Source: a bacterium | GTDB taxonomy: Bacteria; RBG-13-61-14; DATKZS01 | DNA: 12,537 nt | NCBI GenBank assembly: GCA_046484135.1 | Contig: JAWOBU010000043.1 | Coordinates: forward strand, 1 to 12,537 | Reading direction: 5' to 3' | Shown: piece after piece, positions 1 through 8,368 of the stretch | Numbering within the stretch: the first letter of the stretch is position 1 | Layout of the letters: each line of letters opens with the position of its first letter | Notes under the pieces: generated by a model | Seen by the model: only the letters and a program-made list of their open reading frames with translations | Told to the model about the DNA's origin: nothing | Database searches by the model: none | Program-made: the position numbers and the translations under genes

Positions 1-128
1 TTATAAAGAGCATAGACCCCTTTTTTGCCTCTCATGTATCCACTTATTATAGAAGCATATTCTTCGAAAACCTGGCCGGAGACCTTTTCCAAATGCTCGC
101 ATACTAAAGGCTTGGATTTCTGGGTCAT
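1..128 (-). CDS. 5' portion of a probable GIY-YIG nuclease family protein (runs off the left edge; not in ORF track)
   Basis: ATG at 128-126 preceded by CAGGAGAAAAC (SD). Manual translation is open to the window edge: MTQKSKPLVCEHLEKVSGQVFEEYASIISGYMRGKKGVYALY. GVYALY resembles the first (GIY) motif of GIY-YIG nucleases; the second motif would lie outside the window. Confidence 0.6.
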   Translation of the reverse strand, partial: MTQKSKPLVCEHLEKVSGQVFEEYASIISGYMRGKKGVYALY

Positions 129-252
129 GTTTTCTCCTGAGACGAAGTACTATGAGGGACAAATTTTCCCGCTATCCAGATTGTAACCTGCTTCCCGTAG
201 TCATTTAAAGAGTTTTTTCCACTCCGGTTATTCATTTATTCCATGAATCCGC

Positions 253-2790
253 CTACTCTTTAATTGGTTTGTCCTCTTTTGGGTTTAATTGTTTATTCTC
301 CGGCCATGACACGCTTTTGACGTAAACGTCGCGCTGGGGAAAGGGAATGGTGATGCCCGCTTCGGTGAGCGCCTCGTAAATCTCGACCCGGAGCTCGGAA
401 GGCACGCGGAGTCTTCCTTCCACTGCTGGAAGGTAACACCTGAGCTCGAAGTCGAGGGATGAGTCCCCGAAGCCGGTGAACAGGGTATACGGCTCGGGCG
501 TGGTCATAATTTCCGGGTGTTCGATGGCAACATTATACAGGATTTCCATCACCTTTCCCGGGTCGGAGCCATAGGAGACTCCCACCTTGATAATGATGCG
601 GTTTAAGCGGTTGTTGTGGGTCCAGTTGATGAGGTTGCTCCAGAGGAGGTCTCCGTTCGGCACGATGATCTCCGACTTGTCCCAGGTCTCGATAGTGGTG
701 GCCCGCATCCCGATTCGCCGGACCGTTCCCCATATCCCTTCCAGCTCCAGAACGTCGCCCAGCTTGATGGGCCGCTCCGCCAGCATGATGATGCCCGAAA
801 CAAAGTTGTTGACCACGTTCTGGAGACCGAACCCGATACCTACGCCCAAAGCGCCCGCGATAATGGCCAGGTTCTGGAGCCGGACCCCCAGGATGCTCAA
901 GGCGACCACGAACCCGACGAAAACGAGAAGATAACGAAGGCCCTGGTTGATGGCCCCCTGTAAGCCCGGCTCCGTCTGCCTCCGCGGGTATACCTGCTCG
1001 TCCAGCACGAAACAGATAATCCGGGATATCTTGCGCGAAATATAAAGAGCTATAAAAGCCAGCACCACCACGCCCAAGCTGATCCGGGTCTCCCCGAGCA
1101 TGAAGCCGGCCTTCCACATCTCTTGCAGGAACCCCATTACCGGCCGATAGAAGCCCCATACCCGGAGGAGCGCGAAAATCCACACCACTATTGCCGCAAC
1201 CATGAGCCACTTGGACGCCTTGGCCACGATGGTGAGGACCTGGCTTCTGATCATTCGGATGCGGGCCAGCCGCGGCATGAACAGGAAGTAGACCGTCAAG
1301 GATCGGACCAGCCGGTAGGTGGCGACCACCAGAACTGTCACAAGCACGCTCTGGAACGAGGCATGCACCAGGAAAATGCTGGCCCGGCTGAGCCCGAACA
1401 CCTGAAGGAAAAAGCCCGCGCCCAGAAGCAGCACCAGTATCCACTGGATGATCCTGGTGTAGCGGTACCAGCTTTCCGTTCCGCGTTCTAGGGCCTGCTC
1501 TTGCAGTCTTCCGGGCGACAGGGTCACCAGGGTCACCGCCAGTGCCACTCCCACCTGGATCAAAAGCATCAGCCTGTCCAGGGGAGGAGTGCCCAGGATG
1601 ATGTCCCGGAAGATGCCGATGAGGTAGCTTACGCCAATGCCTACGATGAAAAACTTTATCCCCCGCTCAGTGATGATGGAGATAAGAAGAATGACCGCTG
1701 GCAGGCCCAGAACCAAGAGGTACGCTTTCCGCACCAGGAAAGGAGCTTCCGCGTAGAAAAAGGACGCGGGCAGGAAAGCCGCCAGTATGGCGATAAGGAG
1801 GGGATGCCGGAACAGGGCCTGGAGCTCGTCCAGGCTCGGTATCTCCTCGGCCCGTTCCCTGAGCCCTGTCAGCAAGTTTCTAAGGCCCAGCCAGACCAGG
1901 AAAAGAAAAAGAAGCTCGACAAAAAGCTGGACCCTGACCTTTTGCAGGTAGTCAACCGACGCGGAGGAGTACCGGGACCACCTCCCCGCGAGCTCCTCCC
2001 GGCAGGACTTGTCTATCTCGATAAGACAGGAAAAACCGGTCTCGAACAAGGAGGCGGTGTGTTTTTTCCACATGGACCCCACCAGCAGGTCCCTTTTTTC
2101 CTGCAGAAAAACAAGGTGGTCCTTGATGATGCTTTTCTGGCGGCTGAGCTTCTTCTGGGCGGAGAGAAGCGGCGTTACCATGGACTCCAGCCCGGCAATG
2201 CTGTCGTCCAGGGTTGAGATGACCTTTTCTATCTCGGGAAGGGTGGACTCGTATCCGCGGTCCTTATAGACCTCGAGGGTTTTTTCCCACGTCTGCCGGT
2301 CGCGGGCCAGCTCGGACTTTGCCTCCTGGATAGCGATGATCCTGTCTCCCAGCTCCTCGATCAGGGCGTTTATCTCGTCAATTTTTTTCTGCCACTCTTC
2401 GATCTCGAGGTCGAGCTCGCCCAGCCTGAGCGCGTTAAAGGACGCCCTGCGCAGTATGCGGGCCTGCGAAGCGGAGAGTTTCTTCTTGAGGTCGGGCCGC
2501 TCTTTTATCTCGGGAAGGGGGCGGGAGTACTCCTGTATAAGAAGGGACGCCTTCTCTGTAGCCCGGTCGGCTTCCGGGAAAAGCCGGTCTCTGCTTATGA
2601 CCTCCGGCGGGAGATCGTCGGCAGGCTGCTGGACCGTCTCGCCCTCCGCCAGGGCAGTCGAGCCGTTCTGCACGGCCTCGCCGGCAGGCCGGTCCTGCCC
2701 GGCAACAGGAGCCGCCAGTAAAACCAGCGCCAGAACATATGCCGTAATCCACGGCCATGTTCTTTTCAAAAATCCCGGTTTCAGTGTCAT
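253..2790 (-). CDS. Large mechanosensitive channel, MscS family (MscK/KefA-like architecture)
   Basis: 845-aa ORF with an N-terminal signal-like segment, a long coiled-coil region and many TM helices. C-terminal MscS signature: AIIAGALGVGIGFGLQNVVNNFVSGIIMLAERPIKLGD...IIVPNG...NWT...GVSYGSD...FGDSSLDFEL...GITIPFPQRDV. Confidence 0.93.
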   Translation of the reverse strand: MTLKPGFLKRTWPWITAYVLALVLLAAPVAGQDRPAGEAVQNGSTALAEGETVQQPADDLPPEVISRDRLFPEADRATEKASLLIQEYSRPLPEIKERPDLKKKLSASQARILRRASFNALRLGELDLEIEEWQKKIDEINALIEELGDRIIAIQEAKSELARDRQTWEKTLEVYKDRGYESTLPEIEKVISTLDDSIAGLESMVTPLLSAQKKLSRQKSIIKDHLVFLQEKRDLLVGSMWKKHTASLFETGFSCLIEIDKSCREELAGRWSRYSSASVDYLQKVRVQLFVELLFLFLVWLGLRNLLTGLRERAEEIPSLDELQALFRHPLLIAILAAFLPASFFYAEAPFLVRKAYLLVLGLPAVILLISIITERGIKFFIVGIGVSYLIGIFRDIILGTPPLDRLMLLIQVGVALAVTLVTLSPGRLQEQALERGTESWYRYTRIIQWILVLLLGAGFFLQVFGLSRASIFLVHASFQSVLVTVLVVATYRLVRSLTVYFLFMPRLARIRMIRSQVLTIVAKASKWLMVAAIVVWIFALLRVWGFYRPVMGFLQEMWKAGFMLGETRISLGVVVLAFIALYISRKISRIICFVLDEQVYPRRQTEPGLQGAINQGLRYLLVFVGFVVALSILGVRLQNLAIIAGALGVGIGFGLQNVVNNFVSGIIMLAERPIKLGDVLELEGIWGTVRRIGMRATTIETWDKSEIIVPNGDLLWSNLINWTHNNRLNRIIIKVGVSYGSDPGKVMEILYNVAIEHPEIMTTPEPYTLFTGFGDSSLDFELRCYLPAVEGRLRVPSELRVEIYEALTEAGITIPFPQRDVYVKSVSWPENKQLNPKEDKPIKE

Positions 2791-2801
2791 GGCACTACCG
2801 C

Positions 2802-3977
2802 TTACTTTATGACTTCCGAGCTCATGAGCTCTTGGATCTCGTCTTCGTCAAAGCCCGCTTCAGTGAGCACTTCCCTGGTGTGGCTTCCCGGCTTGACCCC
2901 GGCGAACCGGTACTCGCAAGGCGTCCTCTCAAACTTGTACGGGCTTGCCACCTGCCGGCTGGCGCCTTTATCGCTCTCCACTTCCGCCACCATCTTTCGC
3001 GCCTTGGTCTGAGGATGGTCCGCCATCTCGGAGACGGACAGCACCGGCTCCACGCAGGCGTCCACCTCGGAGAAGATCTCTTCCCACTCCTTCCGGGTCT
3101 TCTTCTTGAACTCCTTTGTGAGCTCGTCCTTTAAGTAAGTCGCCTTGTCACCGGACGCGCCCTGGTAACCCGCCAGGTCGTCCCTGCCCAAGGCCCCGCA
3201 CATGGCTTTGAAAAACGGAGGTTCCAGACCGCCTACGGAAACGTAACCACCATCGCTCGTCTCGTAGAAGTCGTAGTAGCCGCCGCCGTTCAACATGAAC
3301 CCCTCGCGGCCCGGGTCCTCGCCCGTGAAAAGGGCCGCGGACGCCATGAGAGCGCCGAGGTGGACGGCCCCGTCCGTCATGCTGATATCTATGCGCTGTC
3401 CCTGCCCGGTGCGCTCCCGGTGGTAGAGAGCGGCCAGCAGGGCTATAACCGCGTTCATGCCGCCCGCGCACTGGTCTGCTATCTGGATGCCGGAAAGCAC
3501 CGGCCCGGTCTCTTTTCTGCCGGTATAGGACATGATTCCGGAGAGGGCCAGGTAGTTGATATCGTGCCCGGCCCGGTCCCGGTACGGTCCGTCCTGGCCG
3601 TAGCCGGTAATCGAGCAGAATATGACCCAGGGGTTCTCCTCTTTCAACTGGTCGTATCCCACCCCGAGCCGGTCCATTACGCCGGGCCGGAACTGCTCGA
3701 TCACCACGTCAAAAGAGCGGACCAGCCGCTTGATAATGTTTTTGCCCTCGTCCTTTTTGAGGTTTATCACCAGGGACTTCTTGGACCGGTTCATCTGCCG
3801 GTGGGCGGTCGAGACCTCGCCGTCCACCGGTGGCAGGTAAGTCAGAAGATCGGGCGCGCCCGCGGACTCGACCCGGACCACCTCCGCTCCCAGGTCAGCC
3901 AGGATCATGGTCCCGAACGGACCCGGAAGAAGTCGAGTGAAGTCAAGGACCTTAACGCCTGATAGCGGACCGCTCAT
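2802..3977 (-). CDS. CaiB/BaiF class III CoA-transferase (alpha-methylacyl-CoA racemase-like)
   Basis: Motifs GPLSGVKVLDFTRLLPGPFGTMILADLGAEV, NRSKKS, EQFRPGVMDRLGVGY, CSITGYGQDGPY, GHDINYLALSG and QIAD (catalytic Asp). The start is set at MSGPL (ATG 3977) because family members usually begin just before GPL; the ORF-track start 4010 is an alternative. Confidence 0.93.
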   Translation of the reverse strand: MSGPLSGVKVLDFTRLLPGPFGTMILADLGAEVVRVESAGAPDLLTYLPPVDGEVSTAHRQMNRSKKSLVINLKKDEGKNIIKRLVRSFDVVIEQFRPGVMDRLGVGYDQLKEENPWVIFCSITGYGQDGPYRDRAGHDINYLALSGIMSYTGRKETGPVLSGIQIADQCAGGMNAVIALLAALYHRERTGQGQRIDISMTDGAVHLGALMASAALFTGEDPGREGFMLNGGGYYDFYETSDGGYVSVGGLEPPFFKAMCGALGRDDLAGYQGASGDKATYLKDELTKEFKKKTRKEWEEIFSEVDACVEPVLSVSEMADHPQTKARKMVAEVESDKGASRQVASPYKFERTPCEYRFAGVKPGSHTREVLTEAGFDEDEIQELMSSEVIK

Positions 3978-4045
3978 TCTTTTTTCCCACCCTTTCAACC
4001 CGTTTTTCATTTACCGTCGTGCGGCATTATCATGCACGCCGGTCG

Positions 4046-4468
4046 TCATGCCTCTTCCAGGGTCTTTTGGACCAGCTCGACCAGCTTCTTCTCTCCGCCG
4101 CGGCTCTTGCTTATGAAGCCCTTGTAATTGCGGTGGAACGCCTCGGAGTACTCCGCCACCTCCTTGCTCATCCTTTCCACCCATTCCCGGTCCTTGCCGG
4201 AGTAAATGATAAAAGGCACCCTCTCGAGCTCATGATACAGCTCGGACATGATCGCGCCCACCTGTGCGCCCATGAGGTCCGGCATCTCCATGTCCAGCAC
4301 GAAAAGCCGGACCGTGTTGCGGACGTCCTCCTCCTGCATCACCCGATGCTCGAGGTCCTGGCCGTCCTCCGCGCTCAACACCCGGTAGCCCGCGTCCTCC
4401 AGGGCCTCCCGTACCATCTCCCGCGCCGTCCTGCTGTCGTCCACGTGGATTACAAGGTCACCTTTCAT
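4046..4468 (-). CDS. Single-domain response regulator (receiver/CheY-like)
   Basis: 140 aa with VIHVDDS (acidic pair), FVLDMEMPDLMG (phospho-acceptor Asp), FIIYSG (Ser) and GFISK (Lys). SD GGAGGAG lies just upstream of the ATG. Confidence 0.85.
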   Translation of the reverse strand: MKGDLVIHVDDSRTAREMVREALEDAGYRVLSAEDGQDLEHRVMQEEDVRNTVRLFVLDMEMPDLMGAQVGAIMSELYHELERVPFIIYSGKDREWVERMSKEVAEYSEAFHRNYKGFISKSRGGEKKLVELVQKTLEEA

Positions 4469-4511
4469 CTTACTCCTCCGGGGGCGGGAAACTGCCTGCG
4501 TTTGTAAAGAA

Positions 4512-5126
4512 TCAGCCGCCGGTCTCCCTCGCGTTTCTTACCATCTCTTCTTCGTCAATAAAAAGGTAGTAGAGCCGGACCAAGTACTCGTACATGGAAA
4601 AGGTTACAGTGTAAGCCGGGTCGTCCGGGACCTTGCTGCCCGCGGTCCGGACCTCGAGGCCCGCGGCCCGGAAAAGCTCGGCCGCCCGCTTCAAATGATA
4701 GGGGGAACTGACCACTATACAGCTTTCCATGCCCCGCTCCTCCATGATCCGGGAGGTGTAACCCGCGTTGCCGATAGTGCTCTCGGCCTCCCGCTCGCAA
4801 ATCACCGCCTCTTCCGGAACCCCCATGGAAACGGCAACCTCTTTCATGACCTCGGACTCGTAAAAGTCCTTGTAAGTGTTCCCGCCCGTCATGATCATTA
4901 CAGGCGCCAGGTCCCGCCGGTAAAGCTCGACCCCTTTTTCCACCCGGCGCCGGAGCTCAGGGTTCACCTCACCGGACTCGTCCACCGGAGGGCCGTAGCC
5001 CAAGACCACTATGGCGTCCGCGGGCCGGAGCTCGCTTTCCTCCACCGTAAGCGGAGCGCTTATGATCTTGGCGCAGCCCGTAGCGGAAAACAAAAGCAAA
5101 AGCGACACTACTGCCGCCCGCTTCAT
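4512..5126 (-). CDS. YdcF/DUF218 (ElyC/SanA-like) family protein, probable lipoprotein
   Basis: Motifs DAIVVLG, RRVEKGVEL, IMTGG, ESEVM, EREAESTIGNA and VVSSPYHLKRA. The start is placed at ATG 5126 (MKRAAVVSLLLLFSATG-C, lipoprotein-type signal), downstream of a promoter-like element and AAAGGA. The ORF-track start 5204 is less likely. Confidence 0.85.
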   Translation of the reverse strand: MKRAAVVSLLLLFSATGCAKIISAPLTVEESELRPADAIVVLGYGPPVDESGEVNPELRRRVEKGVELYRRDLAPVMIMTGGNTYKDFYESEVMKEVAVSMGVPEEAVICEREAESTIGNAGYTSRIMEERGMESCIVVSSPYHLKRAAELFRAAGLEVRTAGSKVPDDPAYTVTFSMYEYLVRLYYLFIDEEEMVRNARETGG

Positions 5127-5155
5127 AGCTGTCCGGGTCCTTTGCATCCGCCTAT

Positions 5156-5184
5156 AATGTAGCAGACCCTTGATCCAGGAACAA
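5156..5184 (-). promoter_or_regulatory. Putative sigma70 promoter for the ydcF-like gene
   Basis: Minus strand TTGTTC (5184-5179), 17-nt spacer ending TGC, then TACATT (5161-5156): a -35 plus extended -10 (TGn) about 30 nt before ATG 5126. Confidence 0.45.
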
Positions 5185-5354
5185 GACTTTATTGCCGCTT
5201 GCATAGAGGGCTATTGTAACGCACAGCAGAAAGGCTGGCCGGCAATTCCCTCGGCGGTGAAAAAGTTCCCCCAAAAACTTTTATTTGATAGCCGATTTAC
5301 CTTTTACAAAAGAAAGAAGAGACCTGTAAAGTGAAAACCTTAACATCGGTCTCA

Positions 5355-5506
5355 GGGTGGCCCACCCATGCCGCACTGCTCGGAGGGCGGCATGGGTGGG
5401 GAACAGGTTAGCCGGGGCTGGCGGGCGCATCTGTTCATTTGTTTGCAATAAAAAGCTGGTTGACCCTGTAAACCCACCCATCCGAGGACGGATGGGTGGG
5501 CCACCC
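5355..5506. repeat. Inverted pair of REP-like palindromes (REPIN/BIME-like)
   Basis: Perfect 15-bp outer inverted repeat GGGTGGCCCACCCAT (5355-5369) / ATGGGTGGGCCACCC (5492-5506). Left hairpin CCCACCCATGCCGC (5361-5374) / GCGGCATGGGTGGG (5387-5400). Right hairpin CCCACCCATCCG (5473-5484)-AGGA-CGGATGGGTGGG (5489-5500). Confidence 0.7.
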
Positions 5507-5594
5507 AGAAGTTTTTTCTTTTTGAAATTGTTCTGAAGTTTGAAAAATGGGAGAACTTCACCTCGGCGGCGCGGTTTCCTGCCGGCCGGGCTTC

Positions 5595-5603
5595 TGGTAT
5601 CAT
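5595..5603 (+). promoter_or_regulatory. Putative extended -10 element (TGGTATCAT) just before the glycosyltransferase ATG
   Basis: TGnTATCAT ends 8 nt before ATG 5612, and there is no SD in between. Confidence 0.4.
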
Positions 5604-5611
5604 CTTTTGAA

Positions 5612-7402
5612 ATGTCCGAGAAAAAGACCCCAAATAAGCTGCTGTTCAATAAGGCAGTGCCGGCGCTTCTGGCATCTGTGCTTCTCGCCTGGGTTATATT
5701 ATGGATACTGCACTTCGGCGTGACCCTTATTAACGACGAGTACGCGGCCATTGATTACTTCTACCGCGTGGTCCGGAAGGGACATTTCTTTCCCACTCCG
5801 GACAAGCTCCACAAGCCGCTGTCCGTGCTCATGGGGTCTGTGGCCTGGCTCTTCGAGTCGCCGCTTGCTTTCGAGGTTGCGACCGCTTTGTTCGCGGCGC
5901 TTTTCGTGGTCATGTTCTACCTGGTCCTGAAAAGGGAGGCCGGGCCCATTATCGCCACGGTCGCAGGCGCGGCCCTGGTCTTCCATCCGGACCTCATGTA
6001 TTACAGCGCCACCGGCTCGACCGTGCTTCCGTTTGCCGGCCTGTCTTTCCTGGGCCTTTACGCGGCATTGCGAAGACACGAATCGCCGCGCATGCTGTGG
6101 CTGTTTGCCGGGAGCTTTCTCGCGGCCGGGCTTTTCCGGCCCGAGTCATGGCTCTTTGCCGGGCCTGCGCTCGCCTGGTGGTGGCCGGGTTTAAAGGACC
6201 GGAAAGGGCTGGTGCGGCTTTTTATCGCGCTTGCCGTGATCGGCCTGGGCCCGGTGCTCTGGTTCGGCAAGGACTGGCTTATAAACGACAACCTCTTGCA
6301 CGGCCTCGCTGTCGCCACCCGGGACAAGGCGGTGGGCACCGGCGCTCCGCTTTCCGCGGGACACGTTCTTCACCTGTTCTCGATTCGCATCCCCAACCGC
6401 ATCTCGGTCCCCGTTACCCTGGCGGGCGCCCTGGGCATGGCCGTGTTTATACGTCGGCAAGGCTGGCGGGGCTTTCTGCATCCGCTGGTGGTGTTTCCCC
6501 TCCTGGTCGCCGCTTACGTGTGGCTTATCGTTTACATGGGGGTCTATCCTGTCCAGCGCTACTGGTTTTATGACGCCATGTTCGCCTATTTTTTCACCGC
6601 CTGGCTCGCAAGAGAAGCCTCCCTTAAAGTGAAAATCGGCGGATACCAGGTGGTGCCGCCAGTGCTTTTCTTGTGCGCTTTGTTCCCGGCGCTCGGGTAC
6701 GTTCTCGCCCGGCCGGGCTCTTCCCCCCCGGACCTGCGCTGGCTTCTTGCGTTCGGGGGCTTTGCCGCGGTTGCCGTGGCCGCGCTTCTTGTATGGGGGG
6801 GGCGGTCCAAGTCGAGGTTTAAGGATGTGGTGCTGTTGGGCTTTATCGTGCTCATGGTTCTTTCTTACCCTGTTTTCATATTCGGCTTGCACGGCCGGGA
6901 GTCGGAGGAGCTTCGGCTGGAGGCCCGCAAACAGTCGGAGATGAAAGAGGCGGCCGCTTACTTGAAAAAGCGCTTTACGAGAGAAGACGAGGTCCGCGTA
7001 TTGGTGCCGAGTCGAAGGAACGAGCAGTTGAACTGGCTTTTCCGGGAGCGGGAGCGGCCGGAGGTCATCACCTTCCGGGAGGCCTTTTACCTGGACTGGA
7101 CCTGCCGGGAGCCGGCTGAAAGTCCCACTGATTTCACGCCGAAGATAAAAGAGTTCTGCAGAAAATGGCTCCGGCAGGGGTACGATTTCCTGGTGCTTCA
7201 GCCGGACTGGATCGTTTACATCCCGGACGATTACCAGTTCTGGGGACCGACGGAAAAGTTCCAATGGATGGAGACCCAGGACCGGGCCGTCATCCGGGGC
7301 ATCAGGATAGAGCTTAAGATTAGCACCGGCCTGGTCCGGGTGTTCCAGGTGCATTACCCGGAAACCGCTCCGCCAAGGGAGCCGGTTCCCAGGATTCCGT
7401 GA
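5612..7402 (+). CDS. Polytopic membrane protein, probable GT-C fold glycosyltransferase (ArnT/PMT-like)
   Basis: Many hydrophobic helices. Acidic NDEY after TM1, HKPL (cf. KPPL), LFRPES and QRYW, followed by a soluble C-terminal domain, as in GT-C enzymes. ATG 5612 (MSEKK) is preferred over the TTG at 5540. Confidence 0.65.
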   Translation: MSEKKTPNKLLFNKAVPALLASVLLAWVILWILHFGVTLINDEYAAIDYFYRVVRKGHFFPTPDKLHKPLSVLMGSVAWLFESPLAFEVATALFAALFVVMFYLVLKREAGPIIATVAGAALVFHPDLMYYSATGSTVLPFAGLSFLGLYAALRRHESPRMLWLFAGSFLAAGLFRPESWLFAGPALAWWWPGLKDRKGLVRLFIALAVIGLGPVLWFGKDWLINDNLLHGLAVATRDKAVGTGAPLSAGHVLHLFSIRIPNRISVPVTLAGALGMAVFIRRQGWRGFLHPLVVFPLLVAAYVWLIVYMGVYPVQRYWFYDAMFAYFFTAWLAREASLKVKIGGYQVVPPVLFLCALFPALGYVLARPGSSPPDLRWLLAFGGFAAVAVAALLVWGGRSKSRFKDVVLLGFIVLMVLSYPVFIFGLHGRESEELRLEARKQSEMKEAAAYLKKRFTREDEVRVLVPSRRNEQLNWLFRERERPEVITFREAFYLDWTCREPAESPTDFTPKIKEFCRKWLRQGYDFLVLQPDWIVYIPDDYQFWGPTEKFQWMETQDRAVIRGIRIELKISTGLVRVFQVHYPETAPPREPVPRIP

Positions 7403-7448
7403 GCGCGTTTCAGGCTGGAGATTTTATGGCGGCGGCTCGATGCTGAAT

Positions 7449-7476
7449 TATAATAGAGCTAAGGAGAAAAAGGGAG
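7449..7476 (+). promoter_or_regulatory. -10 box and RBS upstream of the LolA-like gene
   Basis: Perfect TATAAT at 7449-7454 and GGGAGG before ATG 7487. No convincing -35. Confidence 0.4.
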
Positions 7477-7486
7477 GTTTAACGGG

Positions 7487-8305
7487 ATGAAAGATAGTTT
7501 CAAGCTGTTGGCGGGCGCAACGATTCTGATCTTTTTTTGTGCCGCGGGTTTGGCCGTGTCCGAATCTTCGTCAAGCGGGAGCCAGGAAGCTTCGCAGCCG
7601 TCTTCCCAAGGCCCGAAGGAGATACTTAAAAAGACCCTGGACCGGGACTATGAGGACTTAAAGCTTCACGTAAAGCTAACGAAGATCAGCAGGACCGGCC
7701 GGGAGCGGGAGATGGAGCTGGACGTTTACATCAAGGAGTCGGAGGAGGTTACCAAGACCCTGGTGGAGTTCACCTCGCCTCCCGCGGTCAAGGGCATGAG
7801 CTCGCTCTCCTGGAACTACGCGGACAAGCCAGCGGACCGGTGGTTCAAGCTTTTAGGCATGAACTACGTCAAGTGCCTGGGCGAGGCCTGCCAGCGCATG
7901 GAAGAGAGGTTCGGCTTCAGCATGGAGATATTTTCCATTGACATAAACGAGGCCAAGCACGAGCTTCTGGGAACGGAAGAGATTGACGGGGCGCCTTGCT
8001 ACAAGATCGAGAGCGAGGCGGTCGAAGACAACCCGGAAGGGTCCCGGTTCATAACCTGGGTGGACCAGAAGATGTACGCGGCCCGCAAAATCGAGGCTTA
8101 CAACGAAGAAGGCGAAAAGACCCAGGTGTCCCGCTTTACCGGGTTCGACAAGATAGGCGACCGTTTTTGGGAGACGAAAGGAACGCTCGAGAAGCTGGAC
8201 TCCGGCAAAGAGGTCCGCTTCGAGATTGTAAGCCACGAGCTGAACACCGGCCTCTCCGACGAGCTCTTCGAAAGGCCGAAGAGCTTTGAGGTAAGGAAGG
8301 ACTGA
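7487..8305 (+). CDS. Outer membrane lipoprotein-sorting (LolA-like) protein
   Basis: Signal peptide, then GREREMEL, KTLVEFTSPPAVKGMSSL, LLGTEEIDGAPCYKIES, ITWVDQK...KIEAYN, NTGLSDELF. This is the pattern of the LolA-like lipoprotein-sorting family. Strong SD. Confidence 0.75.
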   Translation: MKDSFKLLAGATILIFFCAAGLAVSESSSSGSQEASQPSSQGPKEILKKTLDRDYEDLKLHVKLTKISRTGREREMELDVYIKESEEVTKTLVEFTSPPAVKGMSSLSWNYADKPADRWFKLLGMNYVKCLGEACQRMEERFGFSMEIFSIDINEAKHELLGTEEIDGAPCYKIESEAVEDNPEGSRFITWVDQKMYAARKIEAYNEEGEKTQVSRFTGFDKIGDRFWETKGTLEKLDSGKEVRFEIVSHELNTGLSDELFERPKSFEVRKD

Positions 8306-8368
8306 TAAACCTTTATTGTGAGCCTTATCTGACTAATGAGTATCTTGCCGGCCGGCTTCGAACGCGCG

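Noticed and set aside
533..2812. Long alternative-frame and antisense ORFs over the MscS gene (533..1444, 1501..2217, 2336..2812 and others)
   Set aside because: They fully overlap a well-supported gene and have no recognisable motifs, as expected for shadow ORFs in GC-rich coding DNA.
5355..5506. CRISPR array or intrinsic terminators
   Set aside because: The repeats are inverted rather than direct with regular spacers, and no cas genes are present. The hairpins lie between divergent gene starts and lack immediately adjacent U-tracts.
5281..5751. Minus-strand ORFs 5281..5751 and 5352..5633 across the intergenic palindromes
   Set aside because: They overlap the glycosyltransferase start and the REP-like repeats, with no convincing RBS or protein-like features.
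6191..7354. 387-aa minus-strand ORF
   Set aside because: Antisense shadow of the membrane glycosyltransferase, with no domain features.
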